A stretch of DNA of 44,568 bases from Longimicrobiales bacterium. GTDB lineage: Bacteria > Gemmatimonadota > Gemmatimonadetes > Longimicrobiales > Gaopeijiaceae. Positions 37,564 through 44,568 of this stretch are shown here, piece after piece. The position numbers were made by a program, and so were the translations under genes. The number at the start of each line of letters is the position of its first letter. The first letter of the stretch is position 1. The notes under the pieces were generated by a model, which saw nothing but the letters and a program-made list of their open reading frames with translations, did no database searches and was not told the origin of the DNA. The DNA is taken from contig CBDCKN010000016.1 of the NCBI GenBank assembly GCA_965218295.1, positions 1-44,568 of the forward strand, read 5' to 3'.

Positions 37564-38343
37564 ATGAAGCTCACCTTCTTGGGGACCGGAACCTCGTTCG
37601 GCGTGCCTGTCGTGGGATGCAACTGCGACGCATGCACGTCCGACGATCCACGGGACCGGCGGACCCGGCACGGAGCCCTCCTGGAGCTGGACGGGGGCAC
37701 GGTCCTCGTGGACACACCACCGGAGCTTCGTTTGCAGCTTCTGAGCGCTGGAGTCGAGGTAGTGGATGCGGTGTGGTTCACGCATGCGCATGCCGACCAC
37801 ATCCACGGGATCGATGACCTGCGCGTATTCACGGCCCATAGCCGGCGCAACCTCGCAGCCTTCGTGCCGCGTGAGTACGAGGAGCTCCTCAGGACCCGTT
37901 TCCGGTACATCTTCGACGACGGCTACCGGCCGCCGGCCGGAACGACCAAGCCCGAGATCCGCCTCATCCCCTTTGGGCCGTCGGAGCCGGTCACCGTCGT
38001 GGGCCATCGCTTCGAGCCCCTGGCCGTCCCGCACGGGCCGGTCACGGTCTACGGATTCCGGGTGGGAGATCTGGGGTATGTGACCGACGGGAAGTGCCTG
38101 CCCGACGAAGCCATAGAGACCTTGAGCGGTGTCCGGGTGCTTGTCCTCAACGCGCTTTGGTTCGGCCGTCCCCATCCGACGCACTTCAACGTCGAGGAGG
38201 CCGTACAGGCTGCACAGACCGTGGGGGCGGAGCGTACGTACCTGATCCATCTGACCCATCGCGTGCGGCACCAGGAGCTGGTGGACCGGCTGCCGGACGG
38301 TATCCTTCCGGCGTACGACGGACTGAGCATCGAAATTCCATGA
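37564..38343 (+). CDS. MBL-fold metallo-hydrolase (PhnP/YycJ-like)
   Basis: LGTGTSFGVP...CNCDAC; THAHADHIHG; HLTH; AYDG. Confidence 0.9.
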   Translation: MKLTFLGTGTSFGVPVVGCNCDACTSDDPRDRRTRHGALLELDGGTVLVDTPPELRLQLLSAGVEVVDAVWFTHAHADHIHGIDDLRVFTAHSRRNLAAFVPREYEELLRTRFRYIFDDGYRPPAGTTKPEIRLIPFGPSEPVTVVGHRFEPLAVPHGPVTVYGFRVGDLGYVTDGKCLPDEAIETLSGVRVLVLNALWFGRPHPTHFNVEEAVQAAQTVGAERTYLIHLTHRVRHQELVDRLPDGILPAYDGLSIEIP

Positions 38344-39746
38344 CGCCCATCACCCTGGACTACGCCAACATGGTCGCCCCGAACCTCGGCGGTGAGGGGA
38401 TCGAGCCCGAGCGACTAGAGACGGATCTGGCCGAACGTTTCCGTCAGGCCTACGAGGCCGTGGAGGCCAGCCGGGCCTCGGGCGAAATGGGCTTCTTCAA
38501 CCTGCCCTATGCCTCGGAGACGCTGGCCCGCACTCAGGAGCTGGCCGACGGCTATGGGCAGTGGTTCGAGAATGTGGTGATCCTCGGGATCGGCGGGTCG
38601 GCGCTGGGGGCTCGGACGCTCCGGGACGCCCTGCTGGGACCCCTCTGGAACGAGAAAGACGACGAGGCCCGGGAGCACTTCCCGCGCATCTATGTGCTGG
38701 ACAACGTCGATCCCGACACGGTCCGCGATCTACTGAGCCACGTCGACATCCGCCGCACGCTCTTCAACGTGGTCAGCAAGTCGGGGACCACGGCCGAGAC
38801 CATGGCCCTCTATCTCGTGTTGGAGGGTCTGCTGATCGACGAGGTGGGACCGGACAGGGCGCGGGGCCACTTCCTGTTCACGACGGATCCGACCGACGGC
38901 CCCCTTCGTGCCATCGCCGAGGGAGAGGGCATCCCCAGCCTTCCCGTCCCGGCGAACGTGGGGGGGCGCTTCTCGGTACTGTCGCCCGTGGGCCTCCTTC
39001 CCGCCGCGGTGGCCGGGATCGATACGGCGGCCCTCCTGGCCGGGGCCGCTCGGGCCGATGACCGCTGTCGAACGCCGGTCCTCAGGGAAAACCCGGCAGG
39101 GCTCATGGCTACGCTTCTGCACGCAGCCCATGGCGAGTCCGGTGCCTCGATCCACGTGCTGATGCCCTACTCGAACCGCCTCCGTTCATTCACCTCCTGG
39201 TTCCAACAGCTGTGGGCGGAGTCGCTGGGAAAGGCCAACGACCTTGCGGGCAATACCGTCCACACGGGGCCGACCCCGCTCCGCGCCGTGGGCGTCACGG
39301 ACCAACACTCGCAGGTACAGCTCTTCATGGAGGGCCCCCGGGACAAGGTAGTGGTGTTCCTGGCCATCACCGGTGCAGCCGGTACGGGTGGAGTGGAGGA
39401 CCTGGAGATCGCCGGGCATAGGTCCGGCATGGCGTCGGTCGGCTATCTTGGGGGGCACGGTCTGGGCGAGCTCCTGGACGCCGAGCGTCGTGCCACGGCC
39501 GAAGCTCTGCGCCGTCGCGGACGGCCCAGCATGACGATCGAGATGGATGCGCTCGACGCGGAGTCATTGGGCGAGCTCTTCATGCTCATGTCCATTGCCA
39601 CCGTGTATGCAGGGGCCCTGTATGGAGTGAATCCCCTGGATCAGCCGGGGGTCGAGCTCGGGAAGGAGCTCACTTACGGGCTCATGGGACGACCCGATCA
39701 CGACGTGCCCGATCTCCCCGCCCCCGACCCGCGATGGAGGGTTTAG
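38340..39746 (+). CDS. pgi: Glucose-6-phosphate isomerase
   Basis: GIGGSALG, SKSGTT, GGRFSV, QLWAESLGK, DQHS, DQPGVELGK. Confidence 0.95.
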   Translation: MTPITLDYANMVAPNLGGEGIEPERLETDLAERFRQAYEAVEASRASGEMGFFNLPYASETLARTQELADGYGQWFENVVILGIGGSALGARTLRDALLGPLWNEKDDEAREHFPRIYVLDNVDPDTVRDLLSHVDIRRTLFNVVSKSGTTAETMALYLVLEGLLIDEVGPDRARGHFLFTTDPTDGPLRAIAEGEGIPSLPVPANVGGRFSVLSPVGLLPAAVAGIDTAALLAGAARADDRCRTPVLRENPAGLMATLLHAAHGESGASIHVLMPYSNRLRSFTSWFQQLWAESLGKANDLAGNTVHTGPTPLRAVGVTDQHSQVQLFMEGPRDKVVVFLAITGAAGTGGVEDLEIAGHRSGMASVGYLGGHGLGELLDAERRATAEALRRRGRPSMTIEMDALDAESLGELFMLMSIATVYAGALYGVNPLDQPGVELGKELTYGLMGRPDHDVPDLPAPDPRWRV

Positions 39747-39838
39747 AAGTCCTGTGATCCACCGGCGTGGCGCGGTATCTTTCAGATGGTGGGGGGCTCT
39801 TCGCTTACCACCGAGCGAAGCATACAGGAGTGGATCCG

Positions 39839-40271
39839 ATGCGTAATCAAGACGACTTGCCTTACATCATCGTCGAGCGGGATGGTGGCGGGAGCTTCGG
39901 CTCTTTCTTCCTGGGTGCGCTTGTAGGCGCGGGGCTGGCTCTTCTCTTCGCTCCGCAGTCCGGCGAGGAAACGCAGGAAGAGCTCAGAGAGAGAGCCCAG
40001 AAGCTCTGTATCGCCGCCGAGGAGAGGATGCGCGAGGCGCAGAATACTCTCGAGGAGCGGTTGGACACGGTAAGGGACGGCGTGCAGGCCCGGGTCGGCA
40101 TCGTCAAAGATGCGGTCGAGTCGGGACGACGGGCCGCCCAGGAGGCGCGCAGCGACCTCGAGACACGGCTCGAACGGTCCAAGGCCGCGGCCCCGTGCCG
40201 GCGTCGCAGCTGCAAGGGAGGCCTCCGGCGTGGACGGGGACGGCTCCTCCGAGGAGGGCGCCGGCAAGTAG
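39839..40271 (+). CDS. YtxH domain protein (frameshift near 40190)
   Basis: FFLGALVGAGLALLFAPQSGEETQ plus coiled coil; likely true end ...EEGAGK* in another frame. Confidence 0.8.
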
Positions 40272-40290
40272 TGTCTGACTCGGGACCCTC

Positions 40291-41214
40291 GTGACCGGAG
40301 GAGGGACGGGGACTCCACTCGGCTCGCGCCGCAATCGTTTTCGGGACTTCTGGTTCCGCGTGTACCAGAAGTCTGCTGAGGACAACGTCTTCTTCATGGC
40401 AGGCGCGATCAGCTACAACCTTCTGATCGCGGTCGTGCCGCTCTTCCTGCTGGTCGTGGGCCTGTGGGGTTATGTGCTCCGCGCACGCTACGGCGACCCG
40501 TCCGAGGTCATTGTCCGCCTGCTGGAGAACTATATTCCCGCGGTCGGGGGGGACATCGACCTGATGGCCGAGATGGGCTCGGCCATCAACGGCCTTGTTG
40601 CGGGCCGTGCCGGTTATTCCGTCGTAGGGTCCCTGCTCTTCATCTGGCTCGCCACCCGCCTCGTCAGCACCCTGCGATCCGCTCTCCGCGAGGTCTTCGA
40701 CATTGCGGCGGATCGGGGCATCCTGAGGGGCAAGCTCTTCGACGTGCAGGTCGTGGTGATCGGGGGCGTTCTGCTCCTCCTGAACGTGGTGATCACCGTG
40801 GTTCTCCAATCGCTAGGGGGGTGGGGAGCGGGGCTCATCGGTGTTGCGGAGGACTTCCTGGGGACCACCCAGAGGTGGTTGGCGGTACTCCTGGCCTTCA
40901 CCTCCATCTGGGCGCTCTTTGCCCTGATCTACTGGTACGTGCCGGCTCGGAGAATTCAGTGGCGGACGGCGTGGCTGGCCGCGACCGTCATGGCCGTGTC
41001 GTACGAAGTAATGAAGTGGGGCTTCGGGTGGTACGCCACCTCAGTGGCGGACTACCGCTCCACATATGGCAACCTACCCACCTTGGTCGTGCTGTTCTTC
41101 TGGATCTATTACGCCTCCGTAGTGTTTATTCTGAGCGGAGAAATCGCCCAGGTGTACACCATGCGCAAAGCACGAAAGGTGCAGATACAGACCGCCCTGG
41201 GAGGATCTGCGTGA
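40291..41214 (+). CDS. YihY/BrkB family membrane protein
   Basis: AGAISY, YWYVP, TYGNL, WIYY...SGE. Confidence 0.9.
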   Translation: MTGGGTGTPLGSRRNRFRDFWFRVYQKSAEDNVFFMAGAISYNLLIAVVPLFLLVVGLWGYVLRARYGDPSEVIVRLLENYIPAVGGDIDLMAEMGSAINGLVAGRAGYSVVGSLLFIWLATRLVSTLRSALREVFDIAADRGILRGKLFDVQVVVIGGVLLLLNVVITVVLQSLGGWGAGLIGVAEDFLGTTQRWLAVLLAFTSIWALFALIYWYVPARRIQWRTAWLAATVMAVSYEVMKWGFGWYATSVADYRSTYGNLPTLVVLFFWIYYASVVFILSGEIAQVYTMRKARKVQIQTALGGSA

Positions 41215-41248
41215 GGCATGCCGGTCGGGACGTCCCTTCGCGGCGGAT

Positions 41249-41719
41249 GTGGTTTTGAGCGAAGCGAACGGGCGAAAGGTCGTGGGCCGGAATCGGAAGG
41301 CCCGCCGTGAGTTCGAGATCCTGGACACCTACGAGGCCGGAATCGTCTTGAAGGGACCCGAAGTGAAGTCGCTTCGGGCGGGCCAACTCGCCTTCCGAGA
41401 CTCCTTCGCCCGCGTGGAGAGTGGTGAGGTCTGGCTCCATAGCCTCCATATCGCACCCTACGAGCAGGCCAACCGAGCCAACGTCGATCCCGAGCGGACG
41501 CGCAAGCTTCTCCTCAACCGGGACGAGATCCGACGCCTGGTGGTCAAAGTCGAGGAGAAGGGGCTCACCCTCATCCCCCTGGAGATCTACTTCCGGAAGG
41601 GGCACGCCAAGGTGACGCTCGCCGTTGCGCGGGGCCGTCGCCTCTACGATAAGCGCGAGAAGCTCAAGCGCGAGACCCAGGAGCGAGAGGCCCGTCGAGC
41701 CATGGACAAACACCGGTGA
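41249..41719 (+). CDS. smpB: SsrA-binding protein
   Basis: NRKARREF, EAGIVLKGPEVKSLR, RKLLL, YDKRE. Confidence 0.96.
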   Translation: MVLSEANGRKVVGRNRKARREFEILDTYEAGIVLKGPEVKSLRAGQLAFRDSFARVESGEVWLHSLHIAPYEQANRANVDPERTRKLLLNRDEIRRLVVKVEEKGLTLIPLEIYFRKGHAKVTLAVARGRRLYDKREKLKRETQEREARRAMDKHR

Positions 41720-42960
41720 CGCCGCGAATCGGATGCCTTTGGCTGGAGCGGCGCGCGGTTTCCTGGCTGATCGCCATCACGGTCGCGACGGTAGCGCCCG
41801 CCGGTGACGCGTGTGCGCAAGGATCGGCTCCCTTGGCGGTGCGCGGGCCCGAGGGCGCGACAGCATCGCTGCCCGTAGACCGATCCCGGGGCTATGCCGT
41901 CGTGGGGTGGAAGGCCCTGGAGGGTCTGGGATGGGCGGTGGAGTCGAGCGAGTCGGGCCTACGGGCCACGATGGCCGATGGTGGGTCGGTAGTCGAGTTC
42001 GCCTTCGGCACTCCGCTGTTTCGATGGAACGGTGAGGTGCTTCAACTAGTCGACGTGCCTTTCACGAAGGGCGGAGCAGGGCACGTGCCTCTCCAGTTCG
42101 TCCTGGATTTTCTTCCCGTCCGACTGGGCGAGCGCTACGCTTTCCTGCCGGAGGAGGGTGTTCTCGAGATCCGGGACGCCGCCGTGTGGGCAGGCCTGGG
42201 CGTCCGACGTCCGGACGGACCCGCCCGACAAGCGCGTGGTGATCATCGATCCGGGACATGGCGGCAAGGATCCGGGTACGATGGGTCCTGGAGGCCGGCG
42301 CGAGAAGGATATCGCCCTGGCCGTCGGTCGTGCGCTGGCCCGGGAGCTCCGGGGAGACGAAAGCCTGGAGGTCCACCTCACACGTGACCGGGATATTCTC
42401 GTCCCACTCTGGGAGCGCGGAGAGCTTGCGACAAGCTGGAAGGGCGAGCGCCCGGGGATCTTCGTCTCAATCCACGTCAACGCCCTCCCGGACCGTCCGT
42501 CCATCCGCGGATTCGAGACCTACTTCCTGTCGGAGGCTCGCACCGAACACGAGCGCCGAGTGGCGGCCAACGAGAACGCTCCGCTCCGGATGGATCGTGA
42601 GGATGGGGAAGCCGAGGGAGAGGATGAAGACCTCGGCTTCATCCTGCGGGAGCTGCGCAATCTGGATCATCAACACTGGTCATCCCTGCTGGCGGAAGGG
42701 GTGCAGAGGGAATTGGAGGACGGTGCATCCCGGCCCGAGCCGTGGGGTCAAGCAGGGACCGTTCGCCGTCATCACGAATGCCCTCATGCCGGCTGTGCTG
42801 GTCGAGGTGGGCTTCGTGGACGAACCGCGAGGAAGAGCGAGCCCTCTCTCGGGGCCAGTTTCAGGCGGAGCTCGCGGAGGCACTGGCTCGCGCCATCCAC
42901 GACTTCTTCATGCGTTACCCACCCGGGCAGGGCGAGACCGTTCCCGGCCCCCGACCGTGA
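41716..42960 (+). CDS. N-acetylmuramoyl-L-alanine amidase (Amidase_3); several frameshifts
   Basis: IIDPGHGGKDPG, REKDIAL, SIHVNA, GFETY, MPAVLVEVGF spread over several frames. Confidence 0.88.
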
Positions 42961-44366
42961 GCCCGGCACCTACCTTTCGGGTCTTCCTTTTGTCCGCGTG
43001 CGGATCGGGACTGCTGGCGGGGTGCGTGTACTTCAACACCCTCTACAACGCCAGGGAGCTCTACCGTGAGACCGAGCTGGCACGTTTGGCCGGCCAGGAC
43101 TCGGCGCTGGCCGAGCGCTACAGCGAGGTCATCGACAAGGCCACGAGAGCCTACCGCGCGGATGAGCGGGGCAGGTGGTCCGACGACGCACTCCTCCTCA
43201 CGGGTCAAGCCCACCTCCGACGGGGAGACCTCCGCAAAGCGCTAGAGGCCCTCGAACGTGTGTTGGCGGTGTGAGCGAGGATCCGGTGGTGCGGCGGCAG
43301 ACAATTCTGTACCTGGGGGCCGTGGATGTGGCGTCCGGCCGGCCGGCTCTGGGTGCGCCACTCCTGGACCGAGGCCCTCCTGGACGTGCGAGACCCGTTG
43401 ATCAAGGCGGAGGGCCATCTCTGGCGAGCTCGGGCTTTGCTTCAGCAGGGGTACGTGGATCAGGGCTGGTGGGACCTCGACCAGGCGGCGGAGGCGCATG
43501 GCACTTACGTAGCTCCCGCCGGTTTGGAGCGCCTGATCTGGGGAATCGCGCTCGGCGACTCCGCAAGAACCCTTAGCGGTGTCCAAACCCTACTCTTCAC
43601 GAGCAGTGCTCGGGCGTTTGGCGACTCCATCCGCCGGCTTCTTCACCGGGTGGCCGACGTTTGGAGTCCGGCGGTGGCCGCCGGCATCTTGGTGAATGCC
43701 GAGCGCGCCCGATGGTCCCGCACGGAGCGGGATCGGCTGCTGATGACCAGGGCCGGGTTCGCGTTCGAGGCCGGCGACACGTTACGCGCGCTGGCCGATG
43801 TCCGGCGCGTGGGAGGGGGCGTGGGCGAGCAGGCCTTCAACGCCCGTGTCACCCTGGCGAGATGGCGGCTCGCGGGTGCAGGTCAGATGGAGGTGTTCGC
43901 CGACATCCGATCCGTTCTCCTTCCCGCCGTCGCCGCCGTCGAGGCTCAGGGCTTGGCTTAACGGGATACGCCGGGTGGAGCTCCTCGTGGACTATGGACT
44001 AGAGGGAGACCGGATCGCGTTCTTCCGCTGCGGCGGAGATCTCCAGGGACGTCCTGGGCGCCCCTCGCATCGCCGCCGGCCTCTTCCAAGCCTACTCCGA
44101 CGGCCAATCGGACTCCCCGTGGTCCGGCAAGGCACTCCTGGCGGCGAGGGCCCTGGTGGCGCGTCCCGCCGACAGGGAGTGGCTCGACGACCGCCTGGGG
44201 CGCACTCCCGGGGAACGCCTACGTGCGCTATGCTCGTCAGGGCGATGACGGACCGGACCTCGCCGACTTGGAGGCCCGTTTGCAGGCTTCCCTGGACGAG
44301 CTCCTGGCACGGGCCGACGAGGAGCTGGAGGCGCGGCGACTCCTGGTGGGTGGATCGGGCGTATGA
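42957..44366 (+). CDS. TPR-like lipoprotein; multiple frameshifts
   Basis: LLAGCVYFNTLYNA lipobox motif; WSDDALLL; helical repeats continue across frames. Confidence 0.6.
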
Positions 44367-44382
44367 TTCCATCGATGGGCAC

Positions 44383-44568
44383 ATGCGACTAGGCCAGACA
44401 CTCTTCGGAGAGAGCTTCCAGAACCCGGTTCTCCTGGCCGCGGGCACCTGCGGCTTCGGCCAGGAGCTCCGGGACGTCCTCGATCTGAATGCACTCGGGG
44501 GCATCGTAACCAAATCGGTTACCCTTGAGCCTCGGTCGGGGAACCCGCCGCCCAGGGTGGTCGAGGCC
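44383..44568 (+). CDS. pyrD: Dihydroorotate dehydrogenase (class 1), 5' part
   Basis: Not in the track: MRLGQTLFGESFQNPVLLAAGTCGFG...GGIVTKSVTLEPRSGNPPPRV. Confidence 0.9.
   Translation, partial: MRLGQTLFGESFQNPVLLAAGTCGFGQELRDVLDLNALGGIVTKSVTLEPRSGNPPPRVVEA

Noticed and set aside
41215..41800. tmRNA or tRNA near smpB, or as an integrase target
   Set aside because: The flanks are fully coding and no tRNA-like arms were seen anywhere in the window

Overview
GC-rich bacterial chromosomal segment. The pyk-MBL-pgi-ytxH-yihY-smpB-amidase-TPR-pyrD gene order and protein style suggest Gemmatimonadota (inference only). It has three zones. (1) 1-21.4 kb is an accessory/transport zone: metallopeptidase-like lipoprotein, ADP-ribosylglycohydrolase plus membrane CX5R phosphatase, an orphan pseudopilin/HD-GYP/twin-lipoprotein operon with a structured leader, USP plus NhaD/ArsB permease, MFS, dienelactone hydrolase, DUF1207, DUF3810-like protein and a split TRAP transporter. 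(2) About 21.45-29.85 kb is a decayed island: a truncated radical-SAM/GNAT/PIG-L/methyltransferase cluster; IS481, integrase, IS256 and IS3 remnants; an intact beta-barrel OMP; and an apparently intact 1,671-bp IS1595 with 23-bp TIRs, a passenger gene and a small head-to-head ORF. (3) 29.9-44.6 kb holds housekeeping genes (rocD, fabH, DksA-like, rnd, pyk, pgi, smpB, amidase, pyrD), many with single-base frameshifts that look like long-read errors. Signals not explained by the ORF track include a dispersed family of ~40-57-bp CTAGTG...CACTAG mini-elements that all overlap TAG stop codons, and short collapsed gene remnants (rsmD-like, agmatinase-like). No CRISPR array, tRNA or rRNA was seen. Family assignments come from motif recognition by eye, not from database searches.
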